Source: Hypanus sabinus
Lineage: Eukaryota
Assembly (NCBI RefSeq): GCF_030144855.1
Contig: NC_082708.1
Coordinates: 84,134,001-84,198,000 of the forward strand
Direction of reading: 5' to 3'
Length of the DNA stretch: 64,000 bases
The translations under genes were made by a program, and so were the position numbers. The notes beneath the pieces are model-generated. The model was not told the origin of the DNA. It made no database searches and saw only the letters and a program-made list of their open reading frames with translations. Each line of letters starts with the position of its first letter. Position 1 is the stretch's first letter. Shown here piece by piece: positions 11,866-25,472 of this stretch.

Positions 11866-13741
11866 GAGTTAGGGGGCAAAAGTTTAGGGGTAACACAAGG
11901 GGGCATTTCTTTACTCAGAGAGTGGTAGCTGTGTGGAACAAGCTTCCAGTAGAAGTGCTAGAGGCAGGTTCGATATTGTCATTTAAGGTAAAATTGGATC
12001 AGTATATGGACAGGAAAGGAATGGAGGGTTACAGGCTGAGTGCAGGTTGGTGGGACTAGGTGAGAGTAAGCGTTCGGCATGGACTAGAAGGGCTGAGATG
12101 GCCTGTTTCCGTGCTGTAATTGTTTTATGGTTATATAGACCAAAATTTCAAGCATACTTCTGAATGATATTGTGTCAACATTATATAATTCTTTGCAAGA
12201 ATGTTACATTATTACAATTAGGATAAACATTTTTTAGCTTCCTAATTACTTCCCTTTATGCTATTTATTTTTTGTATACAAAACATTTTAAACAGTACGG
12301 AATTTTGGAAGATGCACTCAACATCAGAGTCCCAATTTCATGAACCATTAAAAACCAAAATCCATTTATACACTGATATTTGCAAGTGCTTGTTGTTTCA
12401 AGCACAATCTGTTTTTCTATTCTTCCTGTCAAGCAAACATATAATATTGCAAAGGATGTTTTCAAAGATTGATTGTTTTACACGGGTCCCATTCTTGAGG
12501 AATGACCTGTAAATTCTAAATTAAAAAGTTAGAAAATAAATTGAGACTGTGTTTAACTATACCATTTAATTTCAAACCAAATCCAAAAATCAAAAAAGTG
12601 AACAACAGATTTTCTGCATTTAGGAAGACTGAACTTCACATTTTAAATCTGAGCCAGTTACTGTAAATGAGCATATTCCCCCAATTTGATCCAAACACAT
12701 TTTGTTTCATAGCTCTTGAGCATTAATACAAAACAATGTTTATTTAATTTGTTAGGATCTGTGATCGCTCTAGTTCTGCTTCAGAATGGCATACTAACAA
12801 GAGATTAGTGTTTTTTTAAATAAATTGAGCGTTTAGGAGGTGCTGTCTGCAGCAATGGAATATCCTGGTGTTTTATCATTAGCTTTCTTCCCATGCATTT
12901 TGTCTCTCTCTGTCTGCAAGTGCCACCTCAGTTCCCGCCGCTCACCATGGTAACAAGGGCAACTAGGGGAGTGAGTCTTCAATTACAGGAAACCAATCAC
13001 ATTTCATCTAAAAATTTTCTGGGAGAGTGCAATGAATTCTACTAGAAAGATGAAAGAGGCAGAACATCATGCTTAAGCAACAGTGGTGATTAGATGTGAG
13101 AAGTTCCAGGTATTTGTTGCTATGTAAAATTAAACTTGTGAGATTAAAAAAACAACTCTCAATTTCTTGCATTGCAAACTGATATATTGTTTAAAGCCAT
13201 TCTTATGGTTGAATCTTTTTTTTCTTACAGGCTTTTTTCAGGAATAATGGATGTTTGGGAATGGTTGAAATTTAGACATTGAATTTACTGATGGTTTATT
13301 ACATTTACGGAGATTGTTTTGAACAGTGTCAACCTATTACCAGCTGGATATCTTGCTAGAGATTTCCACCATTAATATAATGACATAGAACAGGAAAAAT
13401 TCTCAAAATGGTTACAGTGAGGTAGAGTGGAGAAGAGTGGGAAGGGGTTGTAATGTGGAATGGAGTGTGATGGTAGATAAGATGTTTAGTTTTGTGTGAT
13501 TTAATTTATTATCGCCACACACAAGGTACAGTGAAAAGATTTTGATTGTATGCCACAGTCTGATTATTCCATACATACTGTAAGTACATCAAAGTAGTAA
13601 AAGAAACAGAATGCAGAATGTACTATAGTGTCTGCAAAACATGGTGCAGGTAAACAAATAAAGCACAAAATTTGGAGATCAAGCATTCATCTTTAACATA
13701 TTAGCAGTCTGTTCAAGTGTGCAATAGCAACAGGATAGAAG

Positions 13742-13874
13742 CCGAACACAAGAGTTTCTGCAGATGCTGGAAATCCAGAGCAACACACACAAAATACTGG
13801 AGGAACTCAGCAAGTCAAGCAGCATCTATGGAAATGAATAAACCATTGAAGTTTCAGACCAAGACCCTTCAAAA
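13742..13874 (-). mobile_element. PLE pseudo-LTR fragment with an 8-bp TSD
   Basis: tctgcagatgctggaaat..acacacacaaaatactggaggaactcagc block; gatagaag at 13734-13741 and 13875-13882. Confidence 0.75.
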
Positions 13875-14293
13875 GATAGAAGTTGTCTTTGATTCTGGTG
13901 GTATATGCTTCCAATCTTCTGCCTGACAAGTGAAATCACTGGAGGGGACATTGGTTTGAGTGGTGGATTTAGCTACATTCCCAACTCTGCAATTTTTTGC
14001 AGTTTTAGGCAGAGCAGTTGCCATACTAAGCTGTGCTGTATTTGAATAGGAGGGTTTCTATGATGCATCTGTAAAAATTTGTAATAGTCAAAGGACACAT
14101 GCCAATTTTTTTTAGCCTTCAGAAGAAGTAGAGGTATTGCTTCGGTCTAACCACAGTGTCAACTTGGTTGACAAATGATTGGTAATATATACTGTACCTC
14201 CGAGCTTGAAGATTTCCGTCATCTCCACTTCAATACAGATACTTGCAGGCCATATACTCCACTCTGCTTCCTGAAGTCAATAACCATTTCCTT

Positions 14294-16493
14294 AAAGTTT
14301 GGAAGTTGTAACCCTCCTAGATCAAATTTCCATGTCAATTTTTCCAATGATATTCTTGACATCTTACCTTTCCAAAGGAACTTCCTCACATATTTATTTA
14401 ACTCTTGAGAAAACTTCTGGGGTAGTTGTATTGGTAGTGATTGGAATAAGTATTGTAATCTAGGGAATATATTCATTTTTACGGCATTTACTCTACCTAC
14501 TAATGTTATTGGTAATATCATCCATTTATCAAGATCTTCTTGAATTTTTTTCAATAATGGTAAATAATTTAATTTATATAAGTTCTTTATATCATTATCA
14601 ACTCTTATACCTACATATTTTATACCATATATCGGCCATCTAAATTGAGTTATTAATCAACATTGATTATAATCTCCTTTAGTAAGAGGTAGAATTTCAT
14701 TTTTATCCCAATTTATTTTGTAGCCTGATATTTTCCCATATTCTTCCAATCTAGAAGATAATTTATGCAGCGAGTACAATGGGTTTGTTAAATAAAGCAG
14801 AACATCATCAGCAAATAAGTTAATCTTGTATTCCTCCTGGTTAACTCTGAAACCCTTAATATCTGGGTCCATTCTAATTAATTCAGCTACTGGTTCTATC
14901 GCCAACACAAATAAAGCAGGTGATAATGGACAACCTTGCCTAGTTGACCTTGTTAACTGAAGTGGTGTTGAAATTTGACCATTTGTCACTACTTTAGCTT
15001 TGGGATTAGTATTTAAGGTTTTAATCCATTTTATAAAGGATACTCCTAATCCATATATTTCCATTACCTTAAATAAAAAATCCCATTCCAATCTATCAAA
15101 TGCTTTTTCTGCATCTAAAGCAACTGCCACACTCATTTCCTCCCTCTTTTGTGCCAAATGAATTATGCTAAGTAACCGGGTTACATTATCTGCCGATTGT
15201 CTGTTTTTGATAAATCCTGTTTGATCCATATGTATTAATTTTGGTAAGTATTTAGATAATCCGCTAGATAAAATTTTTGCTATTATTTTATAGCCAGTGC
15301 TTAACAAAGTCTATATGATGTTGGCTTTAAAAGATCTCTATCTTTTTTTGGCAATACTATTAAGATAGCTGTCGAAAAAGATTCTGGAAGTCTATGCATT
15401 CTTTCCGCTTGATATATTAACTCCATAAAAGGAGGAATTAGTAAATCTTTAAACTTCTTGTAAAATTCGGGCGGAAAACCATCTTCTCCTGTGGATTTAT
15501 TACTTTGAAGTGATCCTAGAGCTTCTTCGACCTCTTTTAATGTAAAAGGCATATCTAATCTCTTCTGTTCTTCCGAATTCAATTTTGGAAGAGTCACTTG
15601 TGATAAAAACCTTTCTATCTTGACATTATCATTTTGTGATTCTGATTGATACAGTTCGGAATAAAAATTCTTATAAGTTTCATTAATTTCTAAAGGTTTG
15701 TAAGTAATTTTATTTACTCTTGTTCTAATTGCATTTATCGTTTTAGAAGTCTGGTTTGTTTTTAACTGCCAAGCAAGAACCTTATGTGATCTTTCACCTA
15801 GTTCATAATATCTCTGTTTAGTTCTCATAATTGCTTTTTCTGTTCGATATGTCTGAAGTGTATAACCCAAAATTATTTTTATTAGGAGATATTGAAGGGA
15901 TAAAACCGAAACCCAAATTGAATAAATACCAGAAAGAATTCATAAAAATTGCATTGGCAGTAGCCAAAAAAGCTATTGCAGTTACTTGGAAATCGGATTC
16001 ATACTTAAGTATAGATCGTCGGAAGAACGAAATTTTCAGCTGTATTCCACTTGAAAAAATTACTTATAATTTAAGAGATAAATATGAAACATTTCTGACA
16101 ATTTGGTGCCCTTATTTACAAAAGCCAGAATTAAATATATAGGTGCTCCAAAGATAAAATAATTGGTTATTTGGGGAAAGAAATAAATATATATACTAAA
16201 GTTATTATGAACTCCGTGGAGCATGTGGGGATCTNNNNNNNNNNNNNNNNNNNNNNNNNNNNNNNNNNNNNNNNNNNNNNNNNNNNNNNNNNNNNNNNNN
16301 NNNNNNNNNNNNNNNNNNNNNNNNNNNNNNNNNNNNNNNNNNNNNNNNNNNNNNNNNNNNNNNNNNNNNNNNNNNNNNNNNNNNNNNNNNNNNNNNNNNN
16401 NNNNNNNNNNGAGGGGTTAAGGGGAGGGGGGAAGGGTTGATAATTTTTTTTCTTCTTTCTGTAATCATTTGAAAACAATAAAAAAAATAAAAA
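14294..16493 (+). mobile_element. L1-clade LINE with a 5' inversion, poly(A) tail and 15-bp TSD
   Basis: Minus-strand ORF2 RT piece 14294-~15858 (DQTGFI, LDAEKAFD, TRQGCPLSP, LFADD). Plus-strand C-terminus ~15858-16142 (CIPLEKITY). A-tail to 16493. TSD aataaccatttcctt at 14279-14293 and 16494-16508. Confidence 0.9.
16235..16410. other. Assembly gap (N run)
   Basis: Run of n characters. Confidence 1.
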
Positions 16494-17719
16494 AATAACC
16501 ATTTCCTTTATTTTATTGACATCAGGTGAAGGTTGTTGTTTTAACACTCTGCCACTATGCTCTTTATCTCCTTTCCATACACTGTTTCAGTCTTGTTTAA
16601 GATCAACTTGTAAAACTTGTAAAAAGTTAGAGCAGAATTTGGCCACACAGTCATACAAAGAATGGCAAGTCTGAAAAAGCAGTTTTGTGGGGCATTGGAA
16701 AAGGTGGTTTTGCCTATACTTACTGATTGCAGTTTGTTGGTCAAGAAGTCAGTGATCCAGTTGCAGAGGCAGGTGTAGTGTCCTATATCTTGCACTTTGG
16801 AGATGAGTTTGTTAGGAAATGTAGTGTTAAAGGCAATGATCTAGTTAATAAATATATAATAATATATATTATATAAAATATATAATAACTGATACAGGCG
16901 TCTGTGGTATCCAAATGTTCATCAGATGACTGAAAAGACAAGGAGGTGGTATCTGCTATAGAGTTGTTTCAGCAGTAAATGAATTACAGATATTGAGGTT
17001 GTCTGGGATCCTGGAGTTAATATGTGTCTCTTCAGCTTTGTGATCTTCTTTGGAGAGGAAGGAGGTGGAGATATACAACAAGATATTTGAAAGAGCAGCA
17101 TTTATAAACTAGTCTGGGCATGTAAGAAAGATTTTGATTTTCATGTCACTGCATTGAGGAACATTCAGTAAGAGGAAAGTCAGCAAGGATGCAGAATATA
17201 ATTGAGTTCTTCTTAGTGCAGGATATGGTTGCCAGAGGTTATGGTACTGGAATTGAGAGTGATGGAGCCCTAATGAATAGAAAAGGGAATAGTGAAGTTC
17301 AATCCTTGAAGTGATGAACACAGAAGTGTGGCTTTCAGTGGGTCTAGATTGGAGGTAAGGGGCAAGGTGGATGATATAAGGTAAGGACGAGTGCAGAGAG
17401 TATAGATTACATAAATGATTCAAAAGTCAGTAATACACCCCGAAGGATACCAAGACAACACAGCATTCATTTAATGGTGACATTAGGAGCTAAACTGTGA
17501 AGTTTATGAAAGAATGTGAGGTGACAATTTTGATCTCAGTGAAATTGCTAGGATACTAATGACTGATTAGTGAAAAAAAAACAGATCAGGGAAGTGGGTC
17601 TGTTAAAATGATTAGTTGTCATTTCAGAAAGAGAAATGATATTGAGATCAAAGGTACTGGAAGCTGTGTAAAAGTCAAGGAAGGCAAAAACAAAATTAAC
17701 AAAGTGATACGTTTCTTCA

Positions 17720-18868
17720 TTCTCCGTGGCCACTTTATTAGATACACTGTATGGTAATTCAAATATCTATCACCAATCATGTGGCAGCAATTCAATGCAT
17801 AAAAACATCATCAAAGAGTTCAGTTGGGGAAGAAATGTGATCTACAAATCTTTTACCATGGAATGATTGTTGGTGCCAGATGGGCTGGTTTGAGTATCTC
17901 AGAAACTGCTGATCTCCTGGAAAGTTCATGTGTAACAGTCTCCAGAACTTACAGAGTGTGAAGTGAGAAACAAAAAAAAAGAGTCCAGTGAGCAGCAGGT
18001 CTGCAGGTGAAAACACTTTGTTAATGAGAGGTGTTAGAGAATGACCCGACTGGTTCAAGCCGAGAAGGCAAGAGTACCTCAAATAGCCATGCACAGGTAG
18101 ATCAGGTGGAGGGGCAGGCAGTGCTGAGGAAGCAGGGAGTCTACAGAAGGACTTAGACAGATTGAAAGAAGGGACAAAGTAGTGGCAGATGAAAATATAG
18201 TGTAGGGAAGTGTATGCTCATGCACTTTGGTAGAAGGGCTAATGGCATAGAATATTTTGTAAACAGGGAGAAAATTCAAAAATCAGAGGTGCAAGGGGAC
18301 TTGGGAATTCTTAAACAAAATTTTCCGAAGTTTAACTTGCAGGTTGAGTCAGTGCTAAGGAAGGCAAATGCAATGTTAGCATTCATTTTGAGAGAACTCA
18401 AATATAAGAGAAAGGATGCAATGCTGAGTCTTTTAAGGCATTGGACAGACTACACTTGGAGTACTGTGAATATAGTTTTGCGCCCCTTATCTAAGAAGAG
18501 AGGTGCTGGCACTGGAAAGGGTCTAAAGGAGGTTCATGAAAATGATTCTGGAAATGAAAGGGTTCGCGTATGAGCACCTTTGAGTAGCTCTGGGCCTCTA
18601 CTCACTGGAATTTAGAAGAATGAGGTGGGGAAGAATCTCGTTGAAGCATATTGCATGTTGAAAGACATAGAGTAGATGTGGGGAGGATATTTCCTATGGT
18701 GGGCATTACAAACCTACAGTGTTGTACTGATATATTATAACAGTGGTTTGCAGAAGAGCATCTCTGAATGCACATATCGAACCTTAAAGTGGATGGGCAA
18801 CAGGAACAGAAGACCACAAATACAGGCTCAGTGGCCACTTCATTAAGTTCAGCAGGTGGCCACTGAGC
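17720..18868 (+). mobile_element. Non-autonomous Tc1/mariner-like DNA element, interrupted by CR1
   Basis: Terminal inverted repeat ctc.gtggccac (17722) / gtggccactgag (18856-18867), with an internal repeat of the TIR at ~18827. Confidence 0.6.
18100..18705 (+). mobile_element. CR1 RT C-terminal fragment
   Basis: MHFGRR..EKIQKSEVQGDLG..LQVESVLRKANAMLAFI. Confidence 0.85.
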
Positions 18869-19374
18869 ATTTTCCTTCAGCAATTTGATTACTGAACCAG
18901 CTGGCAAAACTCTAATCACTATAGTTTAACAACTAAAATGGACTTTGTTTTTGTTTGTTTTCTTGTAAATTTTATGTTTGTTTTTTTCTTTTGAAAACTG
19001 CTTTTATTATTACCCTATGTGCCCACGATCCTACTGAAATTAAGTTTTTTGTTGCTCCTGAGCATACTTGAGCTTATGGCAATAAATTTGACTTTGAAAT
19101 ATTACGGTGATATACATGTTTAATATACGATTTAGGAACAGAAGTTGCTCACAATATTTCCCCACAAAAGGAAACATCTTTCACTATATTATAGTGAAAA
19201 CTCCTGAAAGTTGTATGCACTTCAATCAAATTCACTCTCACAAATCTAAACTGCAATATCCAACCTTGGTTCAGAATACAACCTGCTCAATCCAGGGACT
19301 AGTTGATTAAACCTTCTGTCATCTGCTTCCAATGTACCTCCTTGAATGTTCATTTATATGCACTTGCCCTAATC

Positions 19375-19450
19375 CAGAGGTTCCCAATCTTTTTTTAATG
19401 CCATGGACATTTAAGCAAGGTGTCTGTGAACCCTGGGCTGGGAACCCCTC
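19375..19450. mobile_element. hAT-type MITE (~76 bp)
   Basis: TIR cagaggttccca / tgggaacccct; TSD ccctaatc / ccctaata (7 of 8 match); same family as 49217-49296, opposite orientation. Confidence 0.7.
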
Positions 19451-21637
19451 CCCTAATAGAAGTTCAATGGCCTGCACCATTAATAATCTTGCAAGAGAAA
19501 ATTGCTGACATTTTCTCAAGAGAAAATCAGAACGAATGCTACAAGATGTATAGCTACCATGCAGTCAAATAGGCCAGCTTAATCCTGATTCAACATTTTG
19601 ACTTGAAACATCAACAATTGCTTCCTGCTACAGTGGCTACTTGATCATCTGAGTTCCTGTTGCAGATTGATCACAGCATTTACAGTCTTGTGTGTCCTTT
19701 TATTTGTGCTTCATTTCATTAACTTCACACTTAGCAGTTCAACCAGTAACTTAGTCACGTTGTTTGAAATGTGATGTGATTCATATGTGATGCTCGGTGT
19801 CTGGAGATTCTTGGTGGAGAGATTAAAATCAGTGATGGGGGTATATTGAGAGGAGCAGTGATATTTTAAGAAGTTATAAGCAGATTGGAGAAATAGGTAG
19901 GAAGGCTTTCGAAACAGGAGCTAACATTTAAAAATTGAGATGTTAAGTGTTTGTAATTGAGTGGACGGGGAAGGATACTATTTCAGGTATGGACAGAGTG
20001 ACTTGGATGAGCAGACACTAACACTGGATGGAAGGCATTAAGAACCATCTGGAATGCATTGGAATAATTGTCACTGATGTTAAACATTCTGAAATATGAA
20101 GTACAAGTGTAGATATATGGTCAGAACTCTTCAGAACAATACAATGCAATTATCTCTTTCACTCTGAAATGATTGCCAGAAAGAGGAACAATGGCTAGGG
20201 CAATGCATCTGTGGTGGGATTGAAAGCCAAAGTTTTTTACTTAACCATTACTGGATGTCAGACAGTTTGATAATTTGGAGATAACAGAGGGGTTTAGTTT
20301 TGGTTGTGTTAACGTAAATGAAATTTAGTGTATTTTCAGAAAAAGTAACTGAAGTTTAAGTGAGCCAAGGTAGAGACTCACTGTCTTAATGTGCACTAAA
20401 TCACAAAACACAAGCCAGAATGAATTGCAGCAGTGATATAAATGATCAAATGCTTAATTTGTTCTTAGATCATTCTTGATTGTTTGACTTTATCACAGAA
20501 ACCAAAGTGTTATACTTTGTGTAACAGTGAGTGTCATCATTTAATTTTTTGGATTTTTTTCCATATTGTCTGTCAGGCTACTTATTGGCTTTGTCTCTTT
20601 GCTATTTTTCACGATGTTTGACAAATACTGTTTTAACAAGTGTTACATTGAATGAACTGCTTATACCTCCATAAAAATGTGTGAAGTGCAGCAGCAAACA
20701 TCACCGTAGCTATAGCTTAATGGTAATACATTCATCCTTAAACTGAAGATTGGGAGCGGGTGGTGGGGTGGAATTAAATTCCTTTACAACTAGACTATCG
20801 TATAATGAAGTATTAAAAGAAGTTGCATTGTCATAAGTACTGAGCTTTCAACACGATTTTAAAATGAATATCACCAGTAAAAGAGTTTATGACACCAAAT
20901 AGGTGAGTTCATATCAATTTTCTTTATTCATTCAGGCAATATCTCTAAAGCAGATTAATTAATCACTCATAATTTATTTGTGGCTTTTTGGTAAATATTT
21001 GACTAATAAACAATATTGCTTCTGCCCTGAAACTAACACATTATTTTGAAAACATTTGACTACAGGAGTGTAATATTGCCATATAAGCACAGACTTTGTA
21101 TAATCGTCTTAATGTGCAGAGTGAGACAATTGGTCATTTATGATTGTGCCTAACATGCCTGTAGATGTTGCCTAGACTGCTGTGTTCCTCCAGCATTTTG
21201 TGTGTATTGCTCAAGATTTCCAGCTTCTGCAGAATCTCTGGTGTATCTGAAAAGCCTAGTTAATTCATCTTACACACCTATTTACCAAAACAACCATTCC
21301 ATAGTTTCTTCAGCAAGTTATACAGCTTCTTTTCATTAGTCCTGTTGTACGTACATAACAGAACTATTATATTCCACCTCCTCTGCACTAATTTGATGAA
21401 AGGCATTTGATTTGACACATTAACTGAAGATGTATCTGGTGGTGACATCATTGAGAAAGAACCAGAAGTTGTAGAATATTGTTGAATGTGGAGACAAAAA
21501 CTCATTTTTACCAAAATCTATTGTTTTCACCCCATATTTTAATTAACCTCCACTCCAAATGTTATCACACTAGGAACAATTTACAGTGGCTATCTAACCC
21601 GTCAATTCATGTTTGACATGTGGGAGGAAACCAACGC

Positions 21638-23318
21638 TGTTATGGTCCGGTCCGGAGCTCTCATTCCGGGTCTTGATCTGGTCCGTGGACTCCGGACTCC
21701 GGGTCTTGCAGCCGTCCCTCCTGTCACCCTTAAGCCAATGTTACGTACCCCGTAACTGGGTGTCTAACCAGCAGAGAAAGAAGAATCTGTTGGTCTGGTG
21801 GTACCAAACTAAAGGTGTTTAATAATAAAAATAAGCAAAACCATATCAATAATGCAAATATACATATAAAACAAGTTAGCAGTAATAAACCTAAAAGTGT
21901 AAGAATAATAATTATCAATAATAAACAAGCTCTATCGATGTCTAGGAGTAAATGAATTGTCATAGAAAAGTATAAAGTTCAGTTCAGTTCATGAGTGCTG
22001 ATGTAGTTATGGTTGTTGTATTGTAATCATTGGAGAGAGAGAGAGAGCAAGCGAGATGTAACAGCTACAGCAGCCAAACCTTCCTTTGCTTTCTTAATCC
22101 GTCATATCATTGTTGTCATTCAGTTATGAACTCTCCGTCCTTCAGCTAGACCGTTCTTCTGTGGTGGACTCGTCACTCTGGCATGAGTGGACATGCACAC
22201 GAGTCCCCACTGGCCCTGCTGTAACACTGATAGCCTCACCGACCGACCTCCGAACCCACCTTTCTTGTGGGTTCCAACACTCAATCAGTGTCCACTGGCG
22301 TGTCTGAAGGGTGTCTCCCCAGCCCTGTCTTTTATCCCTACTAACGGGGTCTCAGCTATCCATCAATTCTGAATGACCATGTCCATAAAATCAGGCCACT
22401 CCTGCAGTCCACTGAGGAATGTTATTGAGTGAACTATTGTCCTTGCGCGAAACAGTAAATAATTCAAAAGGAATCACAATACAGTTAATCAGCAATTTTC
22501 CCCTCTCTCTTATCTGTTGCAGATGTTCTTGCCGGTTTTTCGTCTCTCTTTCTCATGGTCAGCATAACAACAGTAATAGTTCATGGTTCTCAGTGGGGGG
22601 GGGGGGTTGGGAATGATTAACCCTTCACTCCATTGTTCATCAGGTCTGTTCATCACTCATAACACCAAATAGGATCATCTTGGCTTAAGGAGGCGCACCT
22701 GTTGCTTATCAGCTGGCCGGTGGATATAAGGGACTCTGGGACTGAGCCTAGTTGGGGGGTTGTCCTGCTCTGAACATGTTTTGTCCTGTTTGCCTTGTAT
22801 GAGCTGGTTTGCCATGTTCTGAGGTGTTTCGTCTGATTGGCTCTGTTTGTTCTGGTTGTCCTGGCTTGGAGGACCCATAGCTTCATCCCCAAGTTCTGTG
22901 AGTCAGCCTGGACCAAGTTTCCTCCTGATCCCCTGCCTCTGTTGGGTAGCAGGCTGGACTGTTGTTACCTGGTGGGGGGACTCTGTCCCCTTCCTACCCC
23001 TCACCTCTGATGGGTTGTGCCCGCTACCTGCCCAGGTGTCCTGTGTCTTGCCCGGGCCTCTGTGTTCCCGCCTGGGAGGCGGCCCTGACCAGGAGTTACG
23101 CGGCTGCCCAGGGGGCTCTCCAGCTAAGCAATGGACTCTGAGATCCAGTCAAGCCATGAACTCTCTCTGAACCCCAGGATTACCTAGCATGCCCTAGGTT
23201 TCTTTTGCATGCCCTGGTCTCCCCATCTGGTTCTATCCTTTAGTTATTCCTGTCCTGCCCCAAGTACTTCAGTGCCTGTGTCCTGCACTTGGGTCCAGCC
23301 TCCTGTCCCCTTGTGACA
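21638..23318. mobile_element. Solo LTR (outer)
   Basis: TGTTAT...GTGACA ends; TSD aacgc (21633-21637) / aatgc (23319-23323, consistent with CpG decay). Confidence 0.8.
21739..22664. mobile_element. Gypsy-type solo LTR nested inside the outer LTR
   Basis: TGTTAC...ATAACA ends; 4-bp TSD ccaa at 21735-21738 and 22665-22668. Confidence 0.85.
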
Positions 23319-23477
23319 AATGCAGTCTCAGGAAAAACATGCAACTCCACACAGATGGCACTGAAGGTCAGTATTGCGGTTGTGTGGAAGCAGCCACACC
23401 ACTCTGCTGTTTGCTAAAGATAATCAGAAGTAACATCAATACAGTCAAATATATGTGGGGGAAAAAGATGTCCAAAA

Positions 23478-23950
23478 TCAAAGTAAATTTATTATCACAG
23501 TACATGTATCTTAAAATTCATTTTCTTGCAGGCATTTAAAGAAAAATGAAGAAATACAGTGGAATTTGTTAAAATTATACAAAGACTGATAAACAGCCAA
23601 TGTGCTAAAGAAGATAGTGCATATAAAAATAATTACAATATTAATGTAATAAATAATACTGAGAAAATGAATTAAGAGTCCTTGAAAGTGAGTCTGTAGA
23701 TTATGGAATTAGTTCATTGTCGAGATGATTTAAACTATCCATGCTGGTTCAGCAGCTTCCTGAACCTGGTAGTGTGGGAGCCAAGGTTTCTGTCCCTCCT
23801 TCCTGAAGGCAGCAGTTATAAGAGAGCACAGCCTGGATGGTAGGGGCCCTTTCTGATGATTGCTGCTTTCTTGTGACAGTGCTCCTTCCAATGTGTCCAA
23901 TGGTGGGGAGGGCTTTGCTTGTGATGGTCTGGGTTGTATCCAAACCCACC
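23478..23950 (-). mobile_element. Rex1/Babar 3' fragment
   Basis: LPTIGH..HKKAAIIRKGPYHPG motif; tail aaagtaaatttatta. Confidence 0.7.
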
Positions 23951-25295
23951 ACCTTCTGCAAATGTTTCCATTCCATGGGTTAGTGGAAAGATTAGGGTAG
24001 CAAAAAATGTGTTCAATGTGACAGCAAGTTCAGCTACTGTTTATATTGCCTGTCAACACTTGGTGAAAATTCCTAACTTCACCATTTGGTTCCTCTCCAA
24101 TATCTGGGTTGGGGTGGGGGCGGGGAGATGTGACAACTTAAACAACTGACAACTTGTATTTTCATAGACTTGTGGGTGGGGGCGGGCAGGAATTACAAGC
24201 TGTTTGCCAGTGTGGAAGTTGGGTCAGATATCAAAATGAGAATTACAGACAATGATATGAAGGATTTATCCTTTTCAAAGCACCTGTATTTTGACAATTG
24301 GGTTAATTCAGTTCTACTTGTAACTTGCTGGAAAGTTATGTTTAAAAAGTTTTTTATTCTTTGGATTGTTACTCAGTGACAAAACATAGCAGTAAGATAC
24401 ATCAAAAAACACCTTCCAAAACTTCCTGCTTAGATACTTGGATGTTGTGTAAAATAAAATTATAACAGAGAAACAAGCGAATAACTTGTATGACAGAGCA
24501 GGTTAGCAATGCTAATTCTGCCACTAAGCTTGCCCCTTTGCCCGGGTAGTCACTCCTCCTCGTCCTGTCCCCAGTTGTTCACACTTCAGCCTCCCTGGGA
24601 GTTCCCCATCTACACACCCCACAGTAAAACAACCGTTAATCAATACAATCCCTTCAGTTACCGTGCTCTACGGGTTTATAACATAAAAATGAGGATTTAG
24701 ACACCAACTTGCCCAACACTTTCATTTATTTTCACTCAACCCCTTACATCGGTTTGCAGACAGAATGGCCCCGAAAGACCCAGGGGACAGTTTGAGGTGT
24801 CCTAAAATAATGCCTGAATTGGTGGGAGCAGGCGCACCACTGCCTACACAGGTAACAGCACTGGTGGGGGGGATATTATTCTATTATATTCATCTGAGCA
24901 TGTGGACACTGATCTACGGGTTTAACTAAGGCATTTGGTGTGGAATAAAAGTATAGCACATTAGAATCCCAATTTAAAATATTCCAATTCTGCATAATTA
25001 TTATGGTCTGGTCATGTGATTATTCTCCCCTCCCCCCCAGACCAATAGCAGGATGCCCCGGTCCCTCTGGGCCAGGTGGAGGCAGATTTAATCCCTCAGT
25101 ATGGCTGGAGAGGCATGGAGGTTGGATTTAACGGTTGGTGAATGGCCATAGTGTGTCGTGAAGAAAGTGTCTGTATATTTGTAATTATTTGTACATGCAT
25201 GTTTGTTTTCATTTGTCTATTTGCAAATATTTTTCTTCACAACCTTTGGGCAGCTTTTGTGTTTTATTTTCATCTGGTACTGAACTAAACCCCCT

Positions 25296-25472
25296 ATAAC
25301 AGATGAGCAGAATTAGGCCATTCAGTCCATCAAGTCCATTCTGCTATTTCCTCATGGCTGATCCCGGATCCCATTCAAATCCATACACCTGCCCTGTCAC
25401 CATATCTCTTGATGTCCCGACCAATCAGGAAGCTATCAACATCCGCTTTGAATATACCCACGGACTTGGCCT
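25296..25472 (-). mobile_element. CR1 3' end
   Basis: gagcagaattaggccattc..catggctgatcc..gacttggcctc. Confidence 0.7.

Larger units (their letters stand above)
8910..12135 (+). mobile_element. CR1 LINE 3' portion, interrupted by Rex1 and a solo LTR
   Basis: DLGIMVHSSLKV..LEYCVQFWS..VQRRFT [Rex1] RMLPG..RGDLIEVFKIMRG..TRGHELRV [LTR] FFTQRVV, then CR1 3'UTR. Confidence 0.9.
13490..17030 (-). mobile_element. Old Rex1/Babar-like LINE remnant, split by PLE and L1 insertions
   Basis: LCNWITDFLTNKLQSV (16541-16795) and KEMVIDFRK on the two sides of the L1. Confidence 0.6.
21520..23410 (-). mobile_element. SINE fragment split by nested LTRs
   Basis: caatttacagtggc..tgtgggaggaaacc | tgcagtctcagg..tgcaactccacacag SINE-like blocks on both sides of the LTR. 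Confidence 0.5.

Noticed and set aside
16167-16547. ORFs containing X runs
   Set aside because: Artefacts of translating through the N gap.
20570-21500. Host coding exons (donor gtgagt at 20902; also donors at 51515 minus and 55395 plus)
   Set aside because: The frames I tried hit stops, and no recognisable protein or consistent exon chain emerged.
24487-25301. Solo LTR (TG...TAACA)
   Set aside because: No TSD, and the apparent end belongs to the adjacent CR1 tail.
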